The notes below the pieces were generated by a model, which saw only the letters and a list, made by a program, of their open reading frames with translations, did no database searches and was not told the DNA's origin. A program made the position numbers and the translations under genes. Shown here piece by piece: positions 10,073 to 19,452 of a stretch of DNA of 64,000 nt. Location: contig CAZOIF010000006.1 in the NCBI GenBank assembly GCA_964579975.1, positions 6,925 to 70,924 of the forward strand, in the 5' to 3' direction. Position 1 is the stretch's first letter, and every line of letters begins with the position of its first letter. Source of the stretch: an uncultured Eubacterium sp. (GTDB lineage: Bacteria > Bacillota > Clostridia > Lachnospirales > Lachnospiraceae).

Positions 10073-10849
10073 ATGAAAGCAGTATTACTGGCAGGTGGAT
10101 TTGGAACGAGGATCAGTGAAGAGAGTGAATTTAAGCCGAAACCGATGATTGAGATTGGGGGAAAGCCGATTTTGTGGCATATCATGAAAGAATATTCCCA
10201 TTACGGCATCAATGAGTTTATCATCTGTGCGGGATATAAGCAGCATGTGATCAAGGAGTGGTTTGCGGATTATTATTTGCACAATAGTGACATTACCTTT
10301 GACTACACAAAAGGCGGCGAGATGATCGTCCATAACAACATCGCAGAACCATGGAAGGTAACGGTCGTAGATACCGGTTTAAATACGATGACCGGTGGCC
10401 GTGTGAAACGGATCCGGAAATACGTGGGGGATGAGGCGTTCCTTCTCACCTACGGAGACGGTGTGAGTGATGTAAACATCAAGGACCTCATTGAGTTCCA
10501 TAAAGGCCATGGCAAGATCGCTACGATGAGTTCCTTTAATGTCGGGCAGCAGTTTGGTGTCCTCGATGTGGACAAGGAAGGTAAGGTGACGGCATTCCGT
10601 GAAAAATCCAATTCGGACGGCGGGGTCATCAACATCGGATTTATGGTTTTTGAACCGGCGATCTTTGATTACATCGAAGGAGATTCCACGGTGTTTGAAA
10701 AACAGCCGTTGGAGCGATTGGTAGAAGAAGGACAGCTCGTTGCGAGAAAACATGACGGATTTTGGAAATGTATGGATACACAGAGAGATAAGATGAAACT
10801 GGAGGAGATGTGGGCAGAGGGAAATGCCCCATGGAAAGTCTGGGACTAA
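10073..10849 (+). CDS. rfbF: Glucose-1-phosphate cytidylyltransferase
   Basis: LAGGFGTRISEES, KPMIEIG, TMTGGR, TYGDG, WKCMDT. Confidence 0.95.
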   Translation: MKAVLLAGGFGTRISEESEFKPKPMIEIGGKPILWHIMKEYSHYGINEFIICAGYKQHVIKEWFADYYLHNSDITFDYTKGGEMIVHNNIAEPWKVTVVDTGLNTMTGGRVKRIRKYVGDEAFLLTYGDGVSDVNIKDLIEFHKGHGKIATMSSFNVGQQFGVLDVDKEGKVTAFREKSNSDGGVINIGFMVFEPAIFDYIEGDSTVFEKQPLERLVEEGQLVARKHDGFWKCMDTQRDKMKLEEMWAEGNAPWKVWD

Positions 10850-10871
10850 ACTCTTGGAAATGAGGATGAAT

Positions 10872-11924
10872 ATGATCGATTTAACATTTTTTAAAGGAAA
10901 AAAAGTACTTGTGACAGGACATACCGGTTTCAAGGGATCCTGGATGTGCCGTACACTTGTGGCAGCAGGGGCAGAGGTGACTGGGTATTCCCTGGAGGCA
11001 CCGACCGATCCGAACCTTTTTGGTATGGCAGAGATTGAGGATAAGATGAATTCTGTCATTGGAGATATCCGTGATATGGAAAAGCTGTCCAGTGTTTTTG
11101 AGGAAACAAAGCCGGAGATCGTGCTCCATCTCGCTGCACAGCCGATCGTCAGGGATTCATACAAGGATCCGGTATATACGTATGAGACGAATGTCATGGG
11201 AACGGTGAATATTTGCGAGTGCGTAAGGAAATATGATTGCGTGAAGAGCTTTTTGAATGTCACGACAGACAAAGTATATGAAAATAAAGAATGGGAGTGG
11301 GGATACCGTGAAAATGAACCATTAGACGGTTATGACCCATATTCAAACAGTAAATCCTGTTCGGAACTTGTGACACACAGTTATAAAAATTCGTTTTTTA
11401 CGGATGGAAGGGTTGCCGTATCGACAGCAAGAGCCGGAAATGTAATCGGTGGCGGAGATTTTGCCAATGACCGGATCATACCGGATTGTGTGAGGGCGGC
11501 AAAGGAAAAGAAGGATATCATCATAAGGAATCCGTTTTCCACAAGACCATACCAGCATGTGCTCGAGCCGGTTATCGCCTATCTGATGATCGTAAAAGAG
11601 CAGTATGAGAATCCGGATCTGCAGGGATACTATAATGTAGGGCCGGATGAGACGGACTGCGTGACGACCGGGGATCTGGTGGACATGTTCACAGAGCGCT
11701 GGGGAGAAGGTCTCAAATGGATCAATCAGTACGACGGCGGCCCCCACGAGGCAAACTTTTTGAAACTGGATTGTTCCAAACTGAAGACGACGTTTGGATG
11801 GAAACCGAGATGGGGCGTGGCGGAAGCACTGGATAAGACCGTAGAGTGGACGAAAGCATGGTTCGCAGGTGAAAACATTGCAGAAGTCATGGACAGGCAG
11901 ATTCAGGAGTTTGTATCCAAATAA
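10872..11924 (+). CDS. rfbG: CDP-glucose 4,6-dehydratase
   Basis: TGHTGFKGSW, HLAAQPIVR, TTDKVY, YSNSK, RAGNVIGGGD. Confidence 0.95.
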   Translation: MIDLTFFKGKKVLVTGHTGFKGSWMCRTLVAAGAEVTGYSLEAPTDPNLFGMAEIEDKMNSVIGDIRDMEKLSSVFEETKPEIVLHLAAQPIVRDSYKDPVYTYETNVMGTVNICECVRKYDCVKSFLNVTTDKVYENKEWEWGYRENEPLDGYDPYSNSKSCSELVTHSYKNSFFTDGRVAVSTARAGNVIGGGDFANDRIIPDCVRAAKEKKDIIIRNPFSTRPYQHVLEPVIAYLMIVKEQYENPDLQGYYNVGPDETDCVTTGDLVDMFTERWGEGLKWINQYDGGPHEANFLKLDCSKLKTTFGWKPRWGVAEALDKTVEWTKAWFAGENIAEVMDRQIQEFVSK

Positions 11925-11957
11925 TAACAAAGAATTGACAAAGAAAGGAAATATACT

Positions 11958-13298
11958 ATGTTTGAAAATCTGAATGAAAAGCAGGCAAGAGAAAATATTC
12001 TTGAGATGGTGAAAGAGTATTGTGATAAATACCACAATCAGGAGAAACCGTTTGAGGAGGGAGACCGTATTCCTTATGCGTCCCGTTATTACGGACAGGA
12101 AGAAATGGTAAATCTGGTGGATAGTTCATTGGAATTCTGGCTCACATCCGGGCGTTATACGGATCAGTTTGAAAAAGAATTTGCAGAATATCTTGGGATC
12201 AAACATTGTTCTCTCGTAAACTCCGGTTCATCGGCGAACCTTCTTGCGTTTATGGCGCTTACGTCCCCGCTTATGGGAGACCGCAGGATCCTGCCGGGAG
12301 ATGAAGTGATCACGGTGGCAGCGGGATTCCCGACGACGATCGCTCCGATCATCCAATACGGAGCAGTTCCTGTATTTGTCGATATGACGATCCCTCAGTA
12401 CAATATGGATGCTTCCATGCTTGAGGAAGCTCTTTCCGATAAGACGAAAGCGATCATGATCGCACATACGCTTGGAAATCCATGGGATCTCGGTGCGATC
12501 AAAGAATTTTGCGACAAGCATAACCTGTGGCTCGTAGAGGATAACTGCGATGCGCTCGGATCCAAATATACGATCAATGGAGAGGAAAAATTCACCGGTA
12601 CGATCGGTGATGTGGGAACTTCCAGTTTTTATCCGCCGCACCATATGACGATGGGTGAGGGCGGTGCTGTATATACGGATAATCCGCTGATCCACAAGGC
12701 CGTGCGTTCTCTGAGAGACTGGGGAAGAGACTGTGTGTGTCCGTCCGGAAGGGACAATATGTGCGGGCACCGTTTTGATAAGCAGTACGGGGAGCTTCCG
12801 CTTGGATATGACCACAAATATGTGTATTCCCATTTTGGATATAATTTGAAAGCGACGGATATGCAGGCAGCAGTGGGATGTGCCCAGCTTGCCAAGTTCC
12901 CTACATTTGTAGAAAAGAGAAGACATAACTTTGACAGACTGCGTGAGGCGCTTAAGGATGTGGAGGACAAGCTGATCCTTCCGGAGGCGTGTCCGAACTC
13001 AAAACCGAGCTGGTTTGGTTTCCTGATCACCTGCAAAGACAGGGTAGATAAGAATAAACTGGTTCAGTATATCGAGGATCATGGTGTGCAGACACGTATG
13101 CTCTTTGCCGGAAATATCGTAAAGCAGCCTTGTTTTGATGAGTTCCGTGCATCCGGAAAGGGATACCGTGTGGTTGGAGACCTGAAGGTGACAGACCGTA
13201 TTATGAAGGATACGTTCTGGCTCGGTGTCTATCCGGGAATGACAGATGAGAAGATCGATTATATGGCGAAAGTCATTAAAGAGGCATTGGAAAGATGA
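11958..13298 (+). CDS. rfbH: CDP-4-keto-6-deoxyglucose 3-dehydrase (E1, DdhC/RfbH)
   Basis: SFYPPHHMTMGEGG (His in place of the PLP lysine); RDWGRDCVCPSGRDNMC cysteine cluster; LPLGYDHKY. Confidence 0.92.
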   Translation: MFENLNEKQARENILEMVKEYCDKYHNQEKPFEEGDRIPYASRYYGQEEMVNLVDSSLEFWLTSGRYTDQFEKEFAEYLGIKHCSLVNSGSSANLLAFMALTSPLMGDRRILPGDEVITVAAGFPTTIAPIIQYGAVPVFVDMTIPQYNMDASMLEEALSDKTKAIMIAHTLGNPWDLGAIKEFCDKHNLWLVEDNCDALGSKYTINGEEKFTGTIGDVGTSSFYPPHHMTMGEGGAVYTDNPLIHKAVRSLRDWGRDCVCPSGRDNMCGHRFDKQYGELPLGYDHKYVYSHFGYNLKATDMQAAVGCAQLAKFPTFVEKRRHNFDRLREALKDVEDKLILPEACPNSKPSWFGFLITCKDRVDKNKLVQYIEDHGVQTRMLFAGNIVKQPCFDEFRASGKGYRVVGDLKVTDRIMKDTFWLGVYPGMTDEKIDYMAKVIKEALER

Positions 13299-14242
13299 AA
13301 AAAGTAATTAGTGTAATGATACCTACGTTCAATGAGGAAGAAAACGTAGTGCCGATCACAGAAGCGGTGATCAATGAGATCACGACAAACCTTCCTCAGT
13401 ATGATTACGAGATCCTTTTTATTGATAACGATTCTACCGATACGACCAGAACGAAGATACGGGGATTGTGTGAGAAGGACAAAAGGATCAAGGCAATCTT
13501 CAATGTAAAAAACTTTGGGCAGTTCAATTCCCCGTTCCACGGTCTTTTAGAGACGACGGGGGATTGCACGATTTTGTTATGTGCGGATTTTCAGGATCCA
13601 ATCCCGATGATCACCCAGTTTGTACATGAGTGGGAAAAGGGTTACAAGATCGTGATTGGGATCAAATCTACAAGCAAGGAAAATAAAATTATGTATTTCC
13701 TGCGCAGCTGTTACTATAAGCTGATCAAGAAAATGTCCAGTGTGGAACAGATCGAGCATTTTACCGGATTTGGCTTGTATGATAAGGCATTTATGGACGT
13801 CCTGAGAGATCTGGATGATCCGATGCCGTTTCTGCGGGGAATTGTGGCAGAGCTTGGTTTTAAGCGCAAAGACATTGAGTACCAGCAGGAAAAACGGCGT
13901 GCCGGAAAGACGCACAATAACTGGTACAGTTTGTACGATGCTGCTATGCTCAGTTTTACTTCGTATACGAAAGTGGGAATGCGTATTGCGACGATCATGG
14001 GCTTTATCCTGTCTGGCCTTAGTATCGCTGTGGCATTAGTCTATCTGGTCATGAAGCTTGTTTTCTGGGATCGTTTTGTGGCAGGTATGACGCCGATCCT
14101 GTTGGGAATTTTTATTTTTGGTTCGATCCAGTTGTTTTTTATCGGATTGCTGGGAGAGTATATCATGAGTATCAATTCAAGGGTTACACACCGTCCGCTC
14201 GTTGTTGAGGAAGAGCGGATCAACTTTGAGGAACAGGAGTAA
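13295..14242 (+). CDS. GT2 polyprenyl-phosphate glycosyltransferase (GtrB-like)
   Basis: IPTFNEEEN, IDNDSTD, KNFGQ, CADFQDP; two C-terminal TMs then GEYI. Confidence 0.9.
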   Translation: MKKVISVMIPTFNEEENVVPITEAVINEITTNLPQYDYEILFIDNDSTDTTRTKIRGLCEKDKRIKAIFNVKNFGQFNSPFHGLLETTGDCTILLCADFQDPIPMITQFVHEWEKGYKIVIGIKSTSKENKIMYFLRSCYYKLIKKMSSVEQIEHFTGFGLYDKAFMDVLRDLDDPMPFLRGIVAELGFKRKDIEYQQEKRRAGKTHNNWYSLYDAAMLSFTSYTKVGMRIATIMGFILSGLSIAVALVYLVMKLVFWDRFVAGMTPILLGIFIFGSIQLFFIGLLGEYIMSINSRVTHRPLVVEEERINFEEQE

Positions 14243-14246
14243 CATT

Positions 14247-16409
14247 ATGAAAAACAAGGATAGAAAGTTTGGCGTTTATTTTGGAATTGGAGCAGCAATT
14301 GGTTTTGTGCTGTTTCTTATCGTGTACGGATATCACGTATTGAATTTTACAAACGATACATGGCTTTTGACGGGGAAAGACCTGCAGCAGCATTATCTTG
14401 GATGGAAATTTTTCAGGAACGCTCCATGGTCATTTCCGTTAGGGATGCATGATTCGTTTACAACACCAGATTCTATCAGCGTATTATATACGGATTCAAT
14501 TCCGTTGTTTGCGTTATTCTTTAAGTTACTTTCTCCTATTTTGCCGGAGACTTTTCAGTATTTTGGATTGTTCGGCTTGATGTGCTATATTCTCAATGGC
14601 GGTATGGCGTCTCTTATTGTATCCAGATTTAATAAAAGCAAAGTTTTCTGTGGTGTTTCGAGTGTGTTTTTTATCCTTTCAACTCCCGTTTTGCAGAGAC
14701 TTTTTGGTGTGCTGTCTGAAAATTCAAGACATACGTCTCTGGCGGCTCATTTTCTCATTCTTGGGGCGATTGCCATATGGATGTTTAAGGATTTTTTTGA
14801 GGACTACAAAAAGGATGCGATTGCCTGGGCATTGTTAGCAGCACTGTGTGTGCTCATACAGATGTATATTATTTTTATGGTGGGAGGTATCATGTGCGGG
14901 TATCTTCTGGACCGTTTGATTTCAAAAAAGGACTGGAAACGCCTTTTGTTTGATTTTAGTAGTTTTGTTTTGAGTTTTGGTTTCTTTTTCTTTATCATCG
15001 GTGGTTTTACTAGTCTGCTCGATTCCGGCGGTTCGGGATACGGTTTCTTTTCCGCGAACTTAAACACATTTGTGAATCCGTGGAGATACTCCACATTTTT
15101 CCATAAGATGGGGATGACAAGCCTTCAGTATGAAGGGTTTGCCTATTTGGGATTTGGGATGATCGTGCTTTGTGGAATCGCATGCGTGGTTATTCTGATC
15201 AAAGTGATTTCTCTGCTCAGAAAGAGAACATTTAAGGAAACGGTAAAATTAAAAGGCAAAAAATATGTTTCATTTATTTTGTCACTTGCGATCGTGGTAC
15301 TTGTGTTTTCGGTATTGGCTTTTTCGAATCTGGTTTATTTTGGAAATAAAATTTTTATTGAGGTACACTGGCCTACTGTGATCGATAATCTTCTTGCGAT
15401 CATACGGTCATCCGGGCGTTTTATCTGGTGTGTCATGTACATCATTATGATTCTTGGACTGTTTGTGATAAGCAGAAAGTTTCCGAAAAAGATACAGATC
15501 GCGATCGTGATCTTCTGTGTATGTCTCCAGCTTGCAGACTTGTACAAACCAATCCACAGGCTGCAGAAGCAATATTATGGAGAGGCAAAAGAAGAGGAGT
15601 CTCTTGTTCAAAGTGATTTCTGGGATACATCTCTTGGAAATTATGACCGTGTGGTCTATTTTCCTTCCAATGGTTATGACGCAACACAGATGCTTCAGAT
15701 CGCATCGAAGATATCCGCATTTGAAGATGTGAAAATGAGTAATTTTTATCTTTCCCGTTATATGACGAAAAAGGTGATGCGACAGAGGGATCGGATTACA
15801 GAGAGGGATTTTAAGACGAACGCATTGGATGACCGAACGTTGTATCTTCTTGACTATGCGAATGCTCATAAGTATAAAGATATGTGTTATATGTATATGG
15901 TCGATAATAAAATAATTGCCGTGAAAAATCCGATAGACGGGTTGAAGGAATATACGGATTTTCTTGTTGGAACTCTTTCGCCAACTGTAGAATTGGATAT
16001 GTCGTTTGCCGGACTTGGGAAAAGTTTCCTGCATAAAGGATGGCACAGTCAGCAGCTGGGAGACAAAGGAGCATGGACGACCCCGGAAAGTGTTGTGCGT
16101 CTGTATTCTGAAGATGCGGAGCGGGCGAAGATTACGATTGAATACAAAGCTGGCAAGAAGAAGGGCACAACGACGGTAAAAATGAATGGAAGAACGATTG
16201 GAAAGATTGACAATAAGGAATCGGGAACGGTTTCGTTCGAGGCAAAAATGAAGCTGTGTAAAAATATTAAGAGAACGAAATATATCAACTGGCTGTTCTT
16301 TACATCCGGTGATGTCAAAAAGGCGACGAAGGCCGGAGAGAGCGACGGAAGAGGAATCATGGTCAAGAAAATCACGGTTACTTATCTTCCGCCAGAGGAG
16401 GATAAGTAG
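14247..16409 (+). CDS. Polytopic GT-C-type membrane protein (DUF6311-like)
   Basis: GKDLQQHYLGW, YTDSIPL, QYEGFAYLG, RSSGRFIW; many TMs plus C-terminal soluble domain. Confidence 0.7.
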   Translation: MKNKDRKFGVYFGIGAAIGFVLFLIVYGYHVLNFTNDTWLLTGKDLQQHYLGWKFFRNAPWSFPLGMHDSFTTPDSISVLYTDSIPLFALFFKLLSPILPETFQYFGLFGLMCYILNGGMASLIVSRFNKSKVFCGVSSVFFILSTPVLQRLFGVLSENSRHTSLAAHFLILGAIAIWMFKDFFEDYKKDAIAWALLAALCVLIQMYIIFMVGGIMCGYLLDRLISKKDWKRLLFDFSSFVLSFGFFFFIIGGFTSLLDSGGSGYGFFSANLNTFVNPWRYSTFFHKMGMTSLQYEGFAYLGFGMIVLCGIACVVILIKVISLLRKRTFKETVKLKGKKYVSFILSLAIVVLVFSVLAFSNLVYFGNKIFIEVHWPTVIDNLLAIIRSSGRFIWCVMYIIMILGLFVISRKFPKKIQIAIVIFCVCLQLADLYKPIHRLQKQYYGEAKEEESLVQSDFWDTSLGNYDRVVYFPSNGYDATQMLQIASKISAFEDVKMSNFYLSRYMTKKVMRQRDRITERDFKTNALDDRTLYLLDYANAHKYKDMCYMYMVDNKIIAVKNPIDGLKEYTDFLVGTLSPTVELDMSFAGLGKSFLHKGWHSQQLGDKGAWTTPESVVRLYSEDAERAKITIEYKAGKKKGTTTVKMNGRTIGKIDNKESGTVSFEAKMKLCKNIKRTKYINWLFFTSGDVKKATKAGESDGRGIMVKKITVTYLPPEEDK

Positions 16410-16450
16410 TTTATAAGTGTCCAACGAGTGATGCAGAAGGGTAGAGTCGT

Positions 16451-17929
16451 ATGAAGAGCAAAAAGTCTATCATGGCAGCATATTTTTGTATTGCTGTTGT
16501 AATGCTCATAGGGATGATCGTCTATTCCGGCGTTCAGGAATTTTGGTATGATGAGGTATACCAGATCGGGTTAGTCCGGCCGGGAGTGACACTTGGTGAA
16601 ATGCTGCGGCAGTATACGGAACTCAAGGATTACACGCCGCCGCTCTATGCGCTGGCTGCTTATGTATGGATCCGGATTGTTCCGTTTTCATTTCGATTTC
16701 TGCTTCTTCTTTCTGAAGTGATGACGGCGGCAGGAGTGTTTGTCACTGCTCTGGCAGGGGAAAAAACAGGTGGAAAACGGATGGGGTTTCTGGCGGAACT
16801 GCTGGCGGCGACATCACCGGTGCTTATCGTGTCAGCGGGGTATGAATTCCGGGCATATGCCTTGTATTTTCTGGCAGTGGCCCTTGTGCTTTATTTTTTG
16901 GCGAAGAGAGTTGAGTCAGATAAAAACGGAGGTTTTGACAGGAATAATGGTGTATTTTATACACTGTCACTGATTTTGCTTCTCTATTCACATTATTATG
17001 GGAGTGTTATTTTTGGTGTGCTGTTTGCTCTGGAACTGTTTTTTTTCTTTACCAAAAAACAAAAATTTCATGTAATCTTTTATTATTTTATTTCCGGAGT
17101 GGTTTTTCTGCCGTGGTTGATCCTTATTTTTTTGAACCGGAAAAGGAGTATTACGGAATTCTGGATCGAGTCGCCGGATCTTAAGTCGATATTTAAATTG
17201 GCAGAGTTTTTATGCAGTAAGAGCGGAGTACAGATGGGGCTTTTTGGTCTCGGCCTGATCGGATGTATCGTCTGTGTGGCAGTCCGGATCAGAAAAAAGG
17301 AGTTTTGTCTCCGGACGGATGCGATGAAGGTGTATGTGCCGGGGGTACTGCTCGGAGTGATAGCGGCCATGTTTCTGTATGGTGCTGTGATCAATCCATC
17401 CGGGGGGATTTTTTATAACCGCTATTTTGTCGGGATGCTGCCGTGTTGTTTTTTGATCATGGCTTACGGGCTTGTCTGGATCTGGGACCATCTGCCTCTT
17501 CCGGGGCAGAAACAAAGAACGCTGTCGATGGTTCTTTGTCTGGTGCTGTGCATGATTACTTTTGTACAGAATGGAAATACTTTTATGAGTGATATAAAGA
17601 AAAAACGGGCTGTATCCTATATTACTTCGGTAAAGGAACTGAGCAGAAAACCGGATATCAGTGATCCGGACACGGTCGTTCTGACCTCGGATAATTCGTG
17701 TGTCCGCGCCGGTGTGGAGTTGTATTTTGAGGAACTGTTTGATATGACCGAAGTGAATGTTCTTTCTCAGCACGATGATGAGTTTGAACGGGAGATCACA
17801 AGATATAAAAAGATTTATCTCTTTCATGGAAAGCAGCCAGTGACCGCGGAGACAGATGAATTCCTTTCTGGCTGTGAGAAAACAGAAAAAGACAAGAAGA
17901 AACGGATCACCGTATACTTGAAAGGATGA
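16451..17929 (+). CDS. GT-C glycosyltransferase (PMT_2 / GT39-GT83-like)
   Basis: FWYDE, TPPLY, EFRAYAL, YSHYYG, NRYF; about 11 TMs. Confidence 0.8.
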   Translation: MKSKKSIMAAYFCIAVVMLIGMIVYSGVQEFWYDEVYQIGLVRPGVTLGEMLRQYTELKDYTPPLYALAAYVWIRIVPFSFRFLLLLSEVMTAAGVFVTALAGEKTGGKRMGFLAELLAATSPVLIVSAGYEFRAYALYFLAVALVLYFLAKRVESDKNGGFDRNNGVFYTLSLILLLYSHYYGSVIFGVLFALELFFFFTKKQKFHVIFYYFISGVVFLPWLILIFLNRKRSITEFWIESPDLKSIFKLAEFLCSKSGVQMGLFGLGLIGCIVCVAVRIRKKEFCLRTDAMKVYVPGVLLGVIAAMFLYGAVINPSGGIFYNRYFVGMLPCCFLIMAYGLVWIWDHLPLPGQKQRTLSMVLCLVLCMITFVQNGNTFMSDIKKKRAVSYITSVKELSRKPDISDPDTVVLTSDNSCVRAGVELYFEELFDMTEVNVLSQHDDEFEREITRYKKIYLFHGKQPVTAETDEFLSGCEKTEKDKKKRITVYLKG

Positions 17930-17936
17930 AAAGGAA

Positions 17937-18491
17937 ATGAATGAAATTAGCACGAAACTCTGGAATATGATCGAGGCGATCGTAAGGGCAGTCTTTGGAC
18001 TGATATTTAAAATCTGCAAGATTGATTTTGCGGAGGAACAATGGGAATCGCTGATGCAGTTTGTGAAGTTTGGGCTTGTCGGCGTCTGGAATACCGTATT
18101 TTCGTATGCAATCAACCTGATCTGTCTTTTGAGCTTTCGGAAGGCCGGGGTTCTTCAGTTTGAAATTTTTGGAGCTCCGACAGCTGTTTATGTGGCGAAT
18201 ATGATAGCTTTTATCATAAGTGTTTTTGTGTCCTTCCTGCTGAATAATCGATTTGTGTTTACGTTGGAAGAGGGACAGAGCAGGAATTTTGGGAAGGCGT
18301 TATTTAAGAGTTATCTTTCCTATGGTTTTACCGGAATCATCCTGAACAATGTTCTGGCGATCGTTTGGGTCGGGCTTTGTGGGATATCTGAACTGGTCGC
18401 TCCGCTCATCAGCCTGATCATCGCAATACCGATCAACTTCTTTATGAATAAGCTGTGGGCATTTAAGTCAGAGAGTGGGCAGAATGAATAG
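17937..18491 (+). CDS. GtrA-family flippase
   Basis: QFVKFGLVGVWNT, FLLNNRFVF, INFFMNKLWAF. Confidence 0.9.
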   Translation: MNEISTKLWNMIEAIVRAVFGLIFKICKIDFAEEQWESLMQFVKFGLVGVWNTVFSYAINLICLLSFRKAGVLQFEIFGAPTAVYVANMIAFIISVFVSFLLNNRFVFTLEEGQSRNFGKALFKSYLSYGFTGIILNNVLAIVWVGLCGISELVAPLISLIIAIPINFFMNKLWAFKSESGQNE

Positions 18492-18507
18492 AAAGCCTAG
18501 AAAAACC

Positions 18508-18536
18508 TTTTCAAATGAGGTAATATGTGGTAAAAT
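18508..18536 (+). promoter_or_regulatory. Probable sigma-A promoter (extended -10)
   Basis: TTTTCA-17 bp-TAAAAT with a TG motif. Confidence 0.55.
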
Positions 18537-18540
18537 GAAC

Positions 18541-18714
18541 GCATAAGCACTCACATACTTTCTCCTAGAGGCAGCCTGTCTGCTTGCAGGCAGGGCTGTC
18601 TCTAGGAGAAAGTATGTGAGTGTAACGAACACGGAGCTCCGAAGGAGCGGAGTGAGTGCTTATGCGAGAAAGCAGGCGAGCGCAGGCTCCGAAGGAGCGA
18701 AGTGAGTGCTTATG
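18541..18714. repeat. Composite palindrome / direct-repeat element (REP-like)
   Basis: Perfect 23-bp IR 18548-18570/18600-18622; 14-bp IR 18541-18554/18652-18665; 29-bp direct repeat 18636-18664/18686-18714 with 1 mismatch. Confidence 0.9.
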
Positions 18715-18725
18715 GAGGAAAAATA

Positions 18726-19436
18726 ATGGGAATCAGTGTAGTTCTGTTGGCATATAAAGAAGAAGAGAACCTCAAAGTATTATTGCCGCAGATTATCGAC
18801 AATGTGAAAAAGATAGGAGAAGAGTTCGAGATTCTTGTGATCGATACCGCAGAGCCTCTCGATAACACAAAAGGTGTATGTGAGGAATACGGTGCTAAAT
18901 ATATCAATCAGGAGGAGCCGGCCTTTGCCGGGGCGTTCAAGACCGGGATCAAATATGCTTCCATGGATAAATTCCTTATTCTGGACAGCGATGGCTCCCA
19001 CAACCCTAAGTATATACCGGATCTTTATGATAAATTTGTAAAAGAGAATTGTGACGTGGTCATCGGTTCCCGTTATGTAGAAGGCGGAAAGACGAATGAT
19101 GCGAAAAGTTCTATCATCATGTCACACATTTTGAATGGAATGTTCCGTTTGTTCCTCGGGATCAAGGCAAAGGATATTTCCACGGATTACCGTATGTATG
19201 AGACGGCACAGTTAAAAAAGGTATCCCTTACGTGCCACAATTATGATGTGTTGCAGGAAGTTCTTCTGCTTTTGCGCCTGAACAAGGCAGACAAGAAGCT
19301 GAAGATCGGCGAGGTTCCGATTGAATTTGACAAACGTATCTATGGGGAATCAAAAAGACGCCTGCTTCCTTTTATCATGAGTTATATCAAGACATTGTGT
19401 AAGCTTACATTTGTCCGGATGTTTGGAAAACGCTAG
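18726..19436 (+). CDS. GT2 polyprenyl-phosphate sugar synthase (DPM1-like, no C-terminal TMs)
   Basis: LAYKEEENL, LDSDGSH, VIGSRYV, GEVPIEF...RIYGESK. Confidence 0.85.
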   Translation: MGISVVLLAYKEEENLKVLLPQIIDNVKKIGEEFEILVIDTAEPLDNTKGVCEEYGAKYINQEEPAFAGAFKTGIKYASMDKFLILDSDGSHNPKYIPDLYDKFVKENCDVVIGSRYVEGGKTNDAKSSIIMSHILNGMFRLFLGIKAKDISTDYRMYETAQLKKVSLTCHNYDVLQEVLLLLRLNKADKKLKIGEVPIEFDKRIYGESKRRLLPFIMSYIKTLCKLTFVRMFGKR

Positions 19437-19452
19437 GAAGGTGTAAATATAT

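Noticed and set aside
11935-11957. TTGACA...TATACT promoter before rfbH
   Set aside because: The spacing is only 11 bp, and the region is the RBS and start codon
997-17046. T8 homopolymers in glycan genes (997-1004, 2458-2465, 5481-5488, 17039-17046) as phase-variation tracts
   Set aside because: They are short, mostly in-frame Phe-codon runs expected in AT-rich genes, and all the frames are intact
18636-18714. Mini-CRISPR from the two 29-bp repeats
   Set aside because: Only two units, a 21-bp spacer, no cas genes; the repeats belong to a larger palindromic element
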